DNA of 64,000 nt from an uncultured delta proteobacterium. GTDB taxonomy: Bacteria > Desulfobacterota > Binatia > JACPRU01. Both the position numbers and the translations under genes were made by a program. Position 1 is the stretch's first letter. Each line of letters begins with the position of its first letter. Below the pieces are notes generated by a model. That model was not told where the DNA came from and did no database searches. It saw only the letters and a program-made list of their open reading frames with translations. Positions 51,078-61,723 of this stretch are shown piece by piece. Location: assembly GCA_963745025.1 (NCBI GenBank), contig CAVUWD010000011.1, forward strand, positions 1 to 64,000, given 5' to 3'.

Positions 51078-51565
51078 AGCTCCGGCTCTTCCATCGCGGC
51101 GAAGCGATCGAGGTCGAGGTCGACGGCACGGGTGACGTGCGCGCCGTGCATCTCGGCGAGACTCGGACGGAAATCGTGCCCGTCACGCTCTCCGGCGCGA
51201 GCGGAACCGTGCGCGTCGATGGCCGGCCCGCGCATTTCCTCTACGCGCGCAGCGCAAATCGCGTACGCGTCGCGGTCGGCGGCGAGTGCTTCACGTTCGA
51301 TCTCAGCGAGATCAAATCGAAGCGCACGGCGGGAGTGCACGGCAATCCCGAAACCCACGCGCCCATGCCGGGCAAAGTGCTTGAAGTGAGCGCCGAGGCC
51401 GGGCGCGAGGTAAGCCCGGGCGACCCGTTGCTGATCCTCGAAGCAATGAAGATGGAAAACGTTCTTGTGGCGGAGATTGCGGGTACCGTCAAAGAAGTTC
51501 ACGTAAAGGTAGGCGACATGGTAGAGCCCGGCAAGCTTCTCGTCCTGGTCACTCCGAAGCAGTAA
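51074..51565 (+). CDS. Biotin carboxyl carrier protein (BT plus BCCP part)
   Basis: APMPGKV and EAMKME; GTGA overlap with the upstream gene. Confidence 0.9.
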   Translation: MKLRLFHRGEAIEVEVDGTGDVRAVHLGETRTEIVPVTLSGASGTVRVDGRPAHFLYARSANRVRVAVGGECFTFDLSEIKSKRTAGVHGNPETHAPMPGKVLEVSAEAGREVSPGDPLLILEAMKMENVLVAEIAGTVKEVHVKVGDMVEPGKLLVLVTPKQ

Positions 51566-51649
51566 CCCGAAGCTTTCAGCAAACATCGTTTCTCACGTTT
51601 TCCAAATGATTCCGGCGACATGACCGGCCGCCGGCCGCTGCGATTTTCG

Positions 51650-51715
51650 TTCAATAACTCATTGAATTGCTGCAAAAATCCCAGGTTTGACAGATTCTGG
51701 ATAAGGCTCTAGCAT
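51650..51715 (+). promoter_or_regulatory. Sigma70 promoter of the IclR gene plus upstream dyad
   Basis: TTGACA(51687)-N17-TAGCAT(51710); inverted repeat TTCAAT-N5-ATTGAA at 51650-51666. Confidence 0.7.
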
Positions 51716-51752
51716 TGAGCGGTTTTCCAGCGGTGACCTCCGGGGGTGAAGC

Positions 51753-52533
51753 GTGCAGCGAGAAAAAACAAACTACGTCATCCAGTCCGTCGCACACGCT
51801 CTGGACGTTCTCGAACAGTTTTATGGAGAGCTCGACGAGCTCGGCGTGACGGAGCTCAGCAAGCGTCTCAAGCTCCACAAGAACAACGTCTTTCGCCTGC
51901 TCGCGACCCTCGAGTCACGCGGCTACATCGAACAGAACAAGGCGACCGAGAACTACCGCCTCGGGATCCGCTGCCTGCAGCTCGGCCAGACGTACGTGAA
52001 CCAGATGGGGCTGCTCCGCCAGGCACGGCCCATCCTCGAGGACGTGTCTCGCCAGAGCTGCGAAAATGACGTACGTGGCGGTGGCTCGTCGTCAGGCAGT
52101 CGTACCACTCGCCGTCGTCGAAGTCGAAGCTGCCGGTACGTATCGATCTCGAACGTCGGCGAAGCTCTACCGCTTCACTGCGACTGCCGTCGGCAAGGTC
52201 TTCCTCGCCTACGAGTCCGAGGAAGGACTGCGCCACGTTCTCGGCAGCAATCTCGAGAAATTCACCGACAAGACGTTCAATGCGATTCCGGCGCTCAGCG
52301 AGCACCTGAAGGGCGTGGCGGAGCGCGGCGTTGCCGTCGACAACGGCGAGTATCTCGTCGACGTGCGCGCCGTGGCTGCACCGGTGCGTGATTACACCCG
52401 CAACGTCGTCGGCGCGCTCGCGGTCGCGGGGCCGGCCTACCGACTGAGCGCCGATCGCATCGAGAAGGAGATCGTGCCGCTCGTCCAGAAGGCCGGCAAA
52501 GACCTCTCGAGCCGCCTCGGCTTCCACGAATGA
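51753..52533 (+). CDS. IclR family transcriptional regulator (frameshifted)
   Basis: IQSVAHALDVLE, GVTELSKRL, VFRLLATLESRGYI, LPLHC, GKVFLAY, AVAAPVRD. Confidence 0.9.
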
Positions 52534-52590
52534 GAAAAAGACCCGGCCCCTTTCTGCGCGAACGAGAAAGCGGCCCTGATCGCTTTTTTC
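52534..52590 (+). terminator. Possible intrinsic terminator after the IclR gene
   Basis: Imperfect stem GGCC-CTTTCT..AGAAAG-GGCC flanked by an A-run and a T-run. Confidence 0.35.
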
Positions 52591-52688
52591 ATGCGGTTGA
52601 TTCGACCCTCGAAACGCGGTAACCACAACCGATTTTGCCGCGCAGGCGCTCTGCCGGCGCCAATTCGCCAACAGGAGGTAGCGACGAG

Positions 52689-53446
52689 GTGAAGATCCTT
52701 GTCCCCGCAAAACGGGTTCCTGATCCAGACTCGATCATCAAGGTGAAGCCGGACGGCTCGGGTATCGTCACCGACAACGTCAAGTGGGTGATCAACCCAT
52801 TCGACGAGATCGCCGTCGAGGAAGCGCCTGCGCATCAAGGAGAAGGTCGCGCGGCACCGAGGTCGTGCTCGTGGCGATCGGCGCCAAGACGTCGCCCAGG
52901 AGCAGCTGCGCACGGGGCTCGCCATGGGCGCCGACCGCGCGATCCTGGTGCTCACCGAGGAACCGCTCGATCCGCTCGCCGTGGCCCGCGTCCTGCAGAA
53001 GCTCGTCGACGACGAGAAGCCCGATCTCGTGCTCATGGGCAAGCAGGCGATCGACGACGACTCGAACTGCGCCGGCCAGATGCTCGCCGAGCTGCTCGGC
53101 TGGCCGCAGGCCACCTTCGCGTCGAAGGTCGAGCTCGCGGCGACCAGAAGAGCGCAGGTCACGCGCGAGGTCGACGGCGGTCTCGAAGACGCTGTCGATG
53201 CCGCTTCCCGCCGTGGTCACCGCGGATCTACGACTGAACGAGCCGCGCTACGCTTCGCTGCCCGGCATCATGAAGGCCCGTAAGAAGGAGCTGAAGGAGA
53301 TCCCCGTCGCCGACCTCGGAGTCGACACCGCGCCGCGGCTCAAGGTGCTGAAGCTGGAGGCGCCGCCGAAGCGGCAAGGCGGCCGCAAGGTCGAGACCGT
53401 GCAGGAGCTGGTGCAGGCGCTCCACTCCGAAGCCAAGGTGATCTGA
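52689..53446 (+). CDS. etfB: Electron transfer flavoprotein beta subunit (frameshifted)
   Basis: [48 protein letters not shown]. Confidence 0.93.
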
Positions 53447-53469
53447 GCCCTTCCGACAGGGGGAATCCC

Positions 53470-54446
53470 ATGGGCAACGTTCTAGTCTTCGCCGAGCATG
53501 TCAACGGCAAGTTCCCGAAGACCACGCTCGTCGGCGATCGCGGCCGGCCGTCAGGCGGCGAGCCGAATCGGTGGGGCGTGTCACGCGGTCGTTCTCGGCA
53601 AGGGCATCGACGCGCGTCGGCGGCGAGGTCGCGGGCTACGGCGTGAAGAAGGTGTTCGTGGTCGACGAACGACGCTCTCGAGCACTACGTCGCCGACGCC
53701 TACACCGAGGCGCTCGCGCAGGTGGTGAAGGACAAGGCGTCGAGCTGCGTGGTCGCCACGGCGACGGCGGTCGGCAAGGACCTGCTGCCGCGCGTCGCTG
53801 CGCGGCTCGGCGCGGGGATGGCGTCGGAGGTCGTCCATCTTCAACGACGCGACGGCACTCTCACGCGCCCGATGTACGCCGGCAACGTGATCGCCACCGT
53901 CAAGCTCGAAGGCTCGCCGCGCGTGGTCGTCGGTGCGCGCAACCGCCTTCGACGCCGCCAAGAAGGACGGCGGCGGCAAGGTGGAGAAGGTCGCGGTCAG
54001 TCTGGATGCGGCGAAGCTCAAGGCCAAGTTCGTGGCGTTCAACGAGACCAAGTCCGATCGCCCGGTGCTGACCGAGGCTTCGATCGTCGGTTTCGGGCGG
54101 ACGCGGCCTCAAGAACGGCGAGAACTTCACCACCTATCTCGAGCCGCTCTGTGACGCGCTCGGCGCCGCCATGGGAGCGAGCCGCGCGGCGGTCGACGCC
54201 GGCTTCGTGCCGAACGATCTTCAGGTCGGCCAGACCGGCAAGGTGGTCGCGCCGACGCTCTACATCGCCGTCGGCATCTCCGGCGCGATCCAGCACCTGG
54301 CCGGCATGAAGGACTCGAAGATGATCGTCGCCATCAACAAGGACGCGGAAGCGCCGATCTTCCAGGTTGCCGACTACGGCCTCGTCGCCGACCTCTTCAA
54401 AGCCGTTCCGGAGCTGACCGAGGAGATCAAGAAGCTGAAGCATTAG
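53470..54446 (+). CDS. etfA: Electron transfer flavoprotein alpha subunit (frameshifted)
   Basis: [51 protein letters not shown]. Confidence 0.93.
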
Positions 54447-54449
54447 TAA

Positions 54450-54541
54450 GAGGCTACGGGCTACAGGCTTCAGGCTTCAGGCTTCAGGCTACGGGAAGGG
54501 CGCGAAGAAGGCTTTTCCCGTAGCCCGTAGCCGGTAGCCTC
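54450..54541. repeat. Heptamer-built intergenic inverted repeat, copy 6
   Basis: GGCTACG GGCTACA (GGCTTCA)3 GGCTACG, a spacer, then CCCGTAG CCCGTAG CCGGTAG CCTC. Confidence 0.85.
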
Positions 54542-54566
54542 CTTCTTGATCCCAGGAGGTGGGGCG

Positions 54567-55349
54567 ATGTCCGAAGTCCTGCTCGTCGAAAAGAGCGAGT
54601 CGATCGCGACCGTCACGCTGAATCGGCCGCGGGCGATGAACGCGCTGTCCCGGGAGCTCCGCCGTGCGTTCGTCGATGCATTCGCCGCGGTCGCGCGCGA
54701 CGATGAGGTCGAGGCGGTCATCCTGACCGGCGCGGGGAGAGCCTTCTGTGCTGGGCTCGACCTCAAGGAGCTCGGCGGAGAGAGCGGACAGGATTCGCGG
54801 CCCGGCGAGGCGATCGCCACTGGCGGCGACCTGATCGGCGCCATGGAGGCGTGCGCGAAGCCGATCATCGGTGCGGTCAACGGTGTGGCCATCACCGGAG
54901 GCTTCGAGATCGCGCTCGCCTGCGACGTGCTCGTCGCATCGCGCGCAACGCGCTTCGCCGACACGCACGCGAGGGTCGGGATCCTTCCCGGCTGGGGGCT
55001 CAGCCAGAAGCTGCCCCGGTTGATCGGCATCTTTCGCGCCAAGGAGCTCTCGCTCACCGGAAATTTCTTGAGCGCCGAGCTGGCGGCTGAGTGGGGTCTC
55101 GTGAATCGGGTCGTCGACCCGGCAGAGCTGCTTTCGACGTGCCGCGCGCTGGCGCGCGACATGATGTCGTGCCATCCCCAGACGATGCGCGCCTACAAGG
55201 CGCTGATCGACCGGGGCTTCGGGATGCCCTTCGCGGATGCGATCCGGCTCGAGCGCGAGACGAGCCTCGAGCACGCCAAACGAGTCCGTCCCGAGGAGAT
55301 CGCAGCCCGCCGCGGTGCCATCCAGAAGCGCGGCCGCCGGCAGAGATGA
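54567..55349 (+). CDS. Enoyl-CoA hydratase/isomerase family protein
   Basis: LNRPRAMNAL, AFCAGLDL, KPIIGAVNGVAITGGFEIALACD, DTHARVGILPGWG. Confidence 0.92.
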   Translation: MSEVLLVEKSESIATVTLNRPRAMNALSRELRRAFVDAFAAVARDDEVEAVILTGAGRAFCAGLDLKELGGESGQDSRPGEAIATGGDLIGAMEACAKPIIGAVNGVAITGGFEIALACDVLVASRATRFADTHARVGILPGWGLSQKLPRLIGIFRAKELSLTGNFLSAELAAEWGLVNRVVDPAELLSTCRALARDMMSCHPQTMRAYKALIDRGFGMPFADAIRLERETSLEHAKRVRPEEIAARRGAIQKRGRRQR

Positions 55350-55512
55350 CCGAGAAGCCGATCTCCACCCGCTTCCGGACGTCGCGGCCGGTTTCGGCCA
55401 TCGCAAGCGGTCGGCGGCGCTCATGCGCTCGCGATAACCCGCGCTCGCTGAGAGCGGGCGCGCAGGGAACGCGTCTTGCTCCATCGCTCGGTCGTCTACG
55501 AGGTGACCGACG

Positions 55513-56532
55513 ATGGAGAGCCGAACGATCTGCACGCTTCAACTGCTGCCCGTAATCCTCGCGCTCGGCGCGATGCTCCCCGGAATCGCCGCCGCCGAGC
55601 GAAAGCCCACACCCACTCCGAAGGCGACGCCGAGCGCGACCGCCACATCAACGCCGCCCGCCTCTCCGACACCCACCCCTCCCCCGGCGGGAGGTCTCAG
55701 CGTCACGATCACCAACCCCGCTCCGGGTGAAACCATCGGCGCCGACCGCTACAACGTTCGCGGTATCTTCCAGGGACCGCCGAATACCGGGCTCACGGTG
55801 AACAACCTGATCGCGTACACCGACGCCGGTCGCTTCATCGCCGACAACGTACCGCTTGCGCCCGATGAAAACACGATCACCGTCGTGGCCACGGCCCCCG
55901 ACGGCACCTCGACGACGGCCGCGGTCACGATCACCGCCTCTGGGGTGCCGCCGAACCCGGCTCTCACCGTGGACGCCTCGAAGGGATTCGCTCCGCTCTC
56001 GGTCACGTTCAACTACACGTTCAGCTCGCCCATCGGGTTCAAGAAGGTGGCCTTGGACTTCGACGGGGACGGCCGCGATGATTTCCGCACGACGAACCCT
56101 GCAGGCCCGTCGGGATCCGTTCAGAATACCTACTCAAGGCCGGGTCTCTATTTGGCCGTGCTCACAATCACCGATAATCAGGGCCACATCCACAAAGCCG
56201 ACATCGGCATTCAGGTCACGACGTTCGACGCCTTGGACGCTCTGTTCCTGAGCGTCTGGAACCGAATGAACGATGCGCTCGTGCGCGGAGACCTCAACGG
56301 GGCGCTCGCGTGTTTGAATTCTCGCGCCCAGGAGAAGTACGCTCGCGTCTTCAACGAACTACTCGTCGACATGCCCGCGATCGTCGGCTCCTATTCGAGT
56401 CCGCAGCGCGTTTCGACCGGAGACAACTACTTCGAGTACGCCATCAATCGCACGATCGATGGCGAGAACCAGATCTTCTTCGCGTACTTGCTGCGGGATG
56501 CCGATGGCGTGTGGCGGATCGACGGCCTGTGA
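55513..56532 (+). CDS. Secreted protein: PT-rich linker, Ig-like domain, PKD domain and C-terminal NTF2-like domain
   Basis: Signal peptide, PTPTP linker, VTITNPAPG..VPLAPDENTITVVAT, GFAPLSVTF..DFDGDG..YSRPGLY, and WNRMNDALVRGDLNGAL..RDADGVWRIDGL. Confidence 0.72.
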   Translation: MESRTICTLQLLPVILALGAMLPGIAAAERKPTPTPKATPSATATSTPPASPTPTPPPAGGLSVTITNPAPGETIGADRYNVRGIFQGPPNTGLTVNNLIAYTDAGRFIADNVPLAPDENTITVVATAPDGTSTTAAVTITASGVPPNPALTVDASKGFAPLSVTFNYTFSSPIGFKKVALDFDGDGRDDFRTTNPAGPSGSVQNTYSRPGLYLAVLTITDNQGHIHKADIGIQVTTFDALDALFLSVWNRMNDALVRGDLNGALACLNSRAQEKYARVFNELLVDMPAIVGSYSSPQRVSTGDNYFEYAINRTIDGENQIFFAYLLRDADGVWRIDGL

Positions 56533-56537
56533 GGGAC

Positions 56538-57146
56538 ATGAAGCGCTGGACGATTACCGGTTTGGTGATTCTCGTGCTCGTTCTAATCGGCTTCTCCACG
56601 TGCGTCTGGGCGCCGCCGGTCTACTGGGGCGAGGCGATACACGGCCGCGTGGTGGACGCCGATACGGGGGGGCCGCTGGAAGGGGTGGTGGTCGTCGCCG
56701 ACTGGAAGCTGCTCGCTGGCGGTTACGGCCACAGTGGACACCTCACTTCCTTGGTCGTTCAGGAAACAGTCACCGACAAGAACGGTGAGTTCGCGTTGCC
56801 GGAATGGGGGCCGAAGATGCGGCCGAGCTTCACGATGCTCGACAAGGCCCCGTGGCTGATTCTGTTCAAGAGTAGCTACGAGCATGGGGCGCTGTGGAAT
56901 GAACAAAGCAGCAATGGATTCGTCAGGCGGTCGGACTGGGACGCTCAGACGGTCAAGTTGAAGCGATTTTCGGGAACTGCGCAGAGGCGGCTCCAAATTC
57001 TGAACCTAGTCTTGTCGCTTTCCGCGTTGCAACCATTGGCCTTACACGAAGTTCTCCGCGAAAGATCTCTCTATTATCGCCTTGACCCCGCGTTGTTTGA
57101 CCATATCGAGCGCCTGCTCAACGAGCCAGAAAGGAGAGAGCCATGA
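56538..57146 (+). CDS. Exported protein with carboxypeptidase-regulatory-like (transthyretin-like) domain; candidate immunity protein
   Basis: Hydrophobic N-terminus, IHGRVVDADTGGPLEGVVVVADW, ETVTDKNGEFALP, LFKSSYE. Confidence 0.72.
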   Translation: MKRWTITGLVILVLVLIGFSTCVWAPPVYWGEAIHGRVVDADTGGPLEGVVVVADWKLLAGGYGHSGHLTSLVVQETVTDKNGEFALPEWGPKMRPSFTMLDKAPWLILFKSSYEHGALWNEQSSNGFVRRSDWDAQTVKLKRFSGTAQRRLQILNLVLSLSALQPLALHEVLRERSLYYRLDPALFDHIERLLNEPERREP

Positions 57147-59224
57147 TCGATAAATGGGTCGTCCTGACGATAGCTCTCGCTATCACTTGCGCCACCCCCT
57201 TGCTGGCATACGATCTAGAAACTCACGCACGCCTTTCGGAAGCGGCCGCAGATGTTTCTTCGCTCAGCACGGCTCTCACGAACCTTCAACTCGGGAGCAA
57301 GTCGCCATTCAGCGTCACTGACATCACTCGACCGAGAGTCAACAAGGGATCGGCCCTCGGCTGGATCTTGGAAGGCGCCGTTCGAGAAGACGGCGAAACG
57401 GAATGCGACGACCGTGTCCGGAATCACTTCTACAATCCATTGAACAACATGGGCTACTCGTTCGGCGCTCTCACAGGGATTTCTTCTCCGCTGTGGGGTC
57501 TCGAGGACCAGCCGGCTGCTCGCCTTCAGGATTTCTCGTACAATGACGCGCGAGAGTACTTCTGGAACGCGCTGCAGGCACGCACGGAGACCGAGCATCA
57601 GCGAAACCTGGCCTTGACCTTCCGTAGCCTCGGCCAGATCATCCATGTGGTGCAGGATGCCGCTCAGCCGCAGCACACCCGCAACGACTCCCACGCCGGC
57701 GTCACCTGCCCGTACACGTTCGGCCTATTGGGTCCGGCAAGCCTCTACGAGGAATACGTGGAAGGCAAGGCGATCGCGGGGAAGCTCAACTATTCGGGCT
57801 ATCCGACCGTGGACCTGCCCAAGCCGCGGGACTTCTGGGACACCGAGGACGGACGCGGCGTGGCCGAGTTCAGCAACCGAAGCTTCGTGACCGTCCGCAC
57901 AAATTTCACCGGCACACCTAACGACGTTCAGCCAGCTCCGGGATTCCCATCTCCCAACGCCGGCGGCGCACGGCTATTCAAGGAGGATGTCCAAACGCTG
58001 ATGCCCGGAACGACGCTCACGGGCGTCATGACGTTCATCGGAACACCGTGGAGCGACAGTTACACGGGCGCCGGCGGCTACAACACACGGACGAGCACGT
58101 ACTCGCTGTTCGCGAGCGATCTCGGCAGGCGGGGATCACCCGTCGAGTACAGCCTGAACACGTTCAATTACGAGAACGCTCAGCAGATCTTGATCCCCCG
58201 CGCGGTCGGCTACAGCGCTGGGCTCCTCAATCATTTCTTTCGCGGCACGCTCGAGATCGCCGCGCCCGACCGGTACGCATACCTCGTAAGTCCGTACTCC
58301 AATAGCGAGGGCAGCTTCACGAAGTTGATGCTGAAGGTGCGCAATACGACGTCCGAGGCGGAGACGGGCACCGGGACGCTTCTGGCGATCGTCCGCTACC
58401 GGGCTGCGAGCGCCTCGAGCCCCTTGCTCTATCCGGGATACGCCATCCTGCGCGAGCCTTCCTACGCGATTTCGGCTCCGCAATCGGGTTCCCTCACGCG
58501 GGATTTTCAGCCGCTGACGTTCGACTTCGCTGCGAGCCCGATCCCAGTCGACGTCGCCGATGTCTCGGTCATGGTGGCATTCCGAGGTCCGCTCTCAAGC
58601 TCCGAATACACGGAGAATGACGCCATCGTATTCGGCGGAAAGGACGTCTACGAGCCGCAGCTGATCAATTTCGGCGACTCGAGCGACTACGACTGCTATC
58701 AAGATGCGCTCTACTACGTCGTGGATCGGCCCTCCTCGCAGCGCGATCTGAACCAGGACGGCCGCCAGGACCTATTCGGCCCGGTCCAGGAAATCGGCGC
58801 CTACGTGCGCCTGCAACCCTATGGTCCGTCGCCGGTCCCGCTCGGTGCTCAAACGGCAAACTACGTCGTCCCCGGCCTCTTCTGGGCGCAGTACGGAAGC
58901 TTCGTCAGCGTCCAGGACCAGGATGGCTACCGCTTCGAGTACGCCTCGCCGGACACTGTGGACGCCTCCACCGGAGGGCACAGGTCGTTCTTCACTGCGG
59001 TAAACTTGCCTCGAAGCATCAATCGCATCGTCGAGCGGGACGGTCAGACGGTCCACGAAGTCGGCGCCTACTCCGCCGTGTCTTATCGCGGCAGCTCTGC
59101 CCCTTTTCACATCAACATGGTCAACGACAACGTCATTCGCAGCCAAACCTGCATCAACGGGCTGCCCTATGTATCTCTGGCGTTCACGGAGGTTGCGGGC
59201 AGCGTCCCCGACACGGCCAACTGA
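57143..59224 (+). CDS. Secreted protein with Zn-dependent phospholipase C/P1-nuclease-like N-terminal domain
   Basis: After the signal peptide: YDLETH, GAVRED, RNHFYNP, LGQIIHVVQDAAQPQH, DSH, SLYEEY, matching the spacing of trinuclear Zn ligands; beta-rich C-terminal half. Confidence 0.7.
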   Translation: MIDKWVVLTIALAITCATPLLAYDLETHARLSEAAADVSSLSTALTNLQLGSKSPFSVTDITRPRVNKGSALGWILEGAVREDGETECDDRVRNHFYNPLNNMGYSFGALTGISSPLWGLEDQPAARLQDFSYNDAREYFWNALQARTETEHQRNLALTFRSLGQIIHVVQDAAQPQHTRNDSHAGVTCPYTFGLLGPASLYEEYVEGKAIAGKLNYSGYPTVDLPKPRDFWDTEDGRGVAEFSNRSFVTVRTNFTGTPNDVQPAPGFPSPNAGGARLFKEDVQTLMPGTTLTGVMTFIGTPWSDSYTGAGGYNTRTSTYSLFASDLGRRGSPVEYSLNTFNYENAQQILIPRAVGYSAGLLNHFFRGTLEIAAPDRYAYLVSPYSNSEGSFTKLMLKVRNTTSEAETGTGTLLAIVRYRAASASSPLLYPGYAILREPSYAISAPQSGSLTRDFQPLTFDFAASPIPVDVADVSVMVAFRGPLSSSEYTENDAIVFGGKDVYEPQLINFGDSSDYDCYQDALYYVVDRPSSQRDLNQDGRQDLFGPVQEIGAYVRLQPYGPSPVPLGAQTANYVVPGLFWAQYGSFVSVQDQDGYRFEYASPDTVDASTGGHRSFFTAVNLPRSINRIVERDGQTVHEVGAYSAVSYRGSSAPFHINMVNDNVIRSQTCINGLPYVSLAFTEVAGSVPDTAN

Positions 59225-59233
59225 GGTGACGAC

Positions 59234-59596
59234 ATGAACTCACGAGCTCTCCAACTAATGGCTCTCGCCCTTTGTGCGGCCGCTGCGGGCGACGCCCGAG
59301 CCCGCCTCTCCTACGTCGGTCCCGGACGGGCCACCGCCACGGCCGTGATCGACGACTCGGAGCGCGGCATGCGGGAGATTCGCCCCGGCGACGTGCTGCC
59401 GGACGTCGGCGAGCTACGCGAAATCGACGAACACGAGATCGTCTTCGACCGTCCGCTGAGCGACGAAGAGCGAGAGCGATGGCGGGCAGCCGGCGGTATC
59501 GTACCGGACATCCAACGCTTGCACCTCTACCGCCGCCCCACACCCGAAAACGAATCGACCCCCGGCTCCGGCGCGGCGGCGATCACCGCCGACTGA
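59234..59596 (+). CDS. Small exported protein resembling the GspC-HR/PilP beta-fold
   Basis: Signal peptide, TAVIDD..GMREIRPGDVLPDVGELREIDEHEIVF; GAGGTG RBS. Confidence 0.55.
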   Translation: MNSRALQLMALALCAAAAGDARARLSYVGPGRATATAVIDDSERGMREIRPGDVLPDVGELREIDEHEIVFDRPLSDEERERWRAAGGIVPDIQRLHLYRRPTPENESTPGSGAAAITAD

Positions 59597-59610
59597 ACCC
59601 GACGTTCGCC

Positions 59611-61711
59611 TCACGTCGACTTCGCCGTCGTCACCCGATCGACGATCTCCATGACGTCGAGCGTCTGGACCTTCTCCTCGAGGTCCTTCGCCTTGATGCC
59701 GTCGGAGAGCATCGTCATGCAGAACGGGACACGAGACGGCGATCGACCTCGGGATCGGTCTCCAGCGCCTGGTCGGTGCGCAGGAGGTTCACGCGCTTGT
59801 CGGGATCCTCCTCGATCCACATGCGGCCGCCGCCGGCGCCGCAGCACATGCCGAAGTGCTTGTGGCGCTGCATCTCCGCCACGCTCGGCGCCCGGCCTTC
59901 GCCAGCACGTCGCGCGGCTCGTCGTACACGTCGTTGAAGCGGCCGTAGTAGCAGGAGTCGTGGTACGCGGTCCGCTTCCCGAACTCGCCGGTCGACGCTC
60001 GAGCCTGCCGCGGTCGATCAGCTGCTGCACGAGCTCGGCCGCGTGGATCACCTCGTAGTCGCCGCCGAACTGCGGGAACTCGTTCTTGATCGTGTTGAAG
60101 CAGTGCGGGCAGTTGACGATGATCTTCTTCACGCTGTAGCCGTTGAAGCGTCTCGACGCACGTCTGCGCCATCGTCTGGTAGAGGTACTCGTTGCCGAGG
60201 CGGCGCGCCGTCTCGCCGTTGCACGGCTCCTCCTTGGCGAGGCAGGCGAAGTCGACGCCCGCCTTCTGGAGGATCTCGCGCGAACGCCTGCGTGGTCTTC
60301 TTGTTGCGGTCGTCGAAGGCGCCCGCGCAGCCGACGTAGTAGAGGTACTCGGCGTCCGGCTTGTCGGCGAGCGTCGGGATGTCGAGGCCCTCGGCCCAGT
60401 CGAAGCGCTTCTCGGCGCCGATGCCCCACGGGTTCGACTGCGTCTCCATGCCCTTGAAGACGCGCGTCGAGCTCGCTCGGGAAGCGCGCCTCCTCCTGCA
60501 CGAGGTGACGGCGCATGTCGACGATCTTGTCGACGTACTCGATCATCACCGGGCACGCCTCCTCGCAGGCGCGGCACACGTTGCAGGACCAGAGCGACCT
60601 CGTCCTCGATCGACCGGGCCGACGATGTTCTCGCCCACCTCGGGCGGCTCGGCGCCGTCGCCGTTGCCCTTCCAGCCGACCCGCTTCTCGATGACCTCGT
60701 CCTGGTGCTCGTAGAGGTAGTCGCGCAGATCGAGGAGCAGCTGGCGCGGCGCGAGCGGCTTGCCCGGTCGCGGTCGCCGGGCATTGCGACGAGCAGCGGC
60801 CGCACTCGGTGCAGCTGAACATGTCGAGCACCTGCTTCCAGGTGAACTGGTCGATGTGCGAGGTGCCGAAGCGCGTGGCGTTCTCGAGGTCCTGCTTCGA
60901 GAGCTGCGCCGATCGGCTCGAGCTTCTTGAAGAACACGTTCGGGAGCGAGGTGATGATGTGGAAGTGCTTCGACGAGCGGCAGGAGGTTCAGGAACATCA
61001 GGATGCACGCAGGTTGTGCACCCACCACGCCACGCCGCCGAGCGTAACGCGCCGCCGAGGCACCGAGCAGCGAAGCGAGAGTCGACCCGACGAGGTGCGA
61101 CACCGGCTCCCACGCGGCCTCGGCGAGGACGCTCGGATCCTCTCCGTGGGCGACGATGCGACCGCCGTCGTAGACGAGCCCGCCGACCATGATCGTCCCG
61201 ATGAAGGAGAGGATCAGATAGGCCTCCCAGTGGGACTGCCCTCGCAGTCGGTGCTCCGGCGGCTCGTATCCATAGAGGCGCGCCGGATGGGTGATGCCCC
61301 AGCGCACCAGCGCAACGGCGATCCCTGACGAAGACGAGCACCTCCATCGATGTCGCGTAGCAGCATGTAGGGGCCGCCGAGGAGCCCGGGAGAGAACAGC
61401 GGCACGTAGAAATGGTCACTGTAGGCGCGCCCGAACATCGTGACGACCTGCAGGCCGAGAATCGTGAAGCCCCAGAAGATGAAGAAGTGCATCCATCCCG
61501 CCGTTTGCTCGCTGACGATCGCCGCCTCGGGTCGTATGAACTTCTTCTGTCCGAATGCGTAAACCAGCATGGCTTGGATGCGCTCGGCGATGCGGTCGAA
61601 GCGCTCCGCCGGCGCCGCGGCCCGGAGAACCTTGAAACGGCCCCAGAGCTGATAGACAAAGAGACCGAGGGCGGCGACGACGCAGGAGCTGAATACGATC
61701 GAAGTGAGCAT
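59611..61711 (-). CDS. Membrane-bound Fe-S oxidoreductase with CCG domains (FadF/EtfD/HdrD-like), frameshifted
   Basis: Membrane part MHFFIFWGF..HII, CTECGRCSSQCP, CNVCRACEEACP, NPWG, YYVGCAG, CPHC, YHDSCYYGRFN, CCGAGGG. Confidence 0.85.
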
Positions 61712-61723
61712 AGGTCCTCCGAA

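Noticed and set aside
55346-55555. ORF overlapping the enoyl-CoA hydratase stop (ATGA)
   Set aside because: No recognisable motif, composition like a shadow ORF, and it overlaps the next gene
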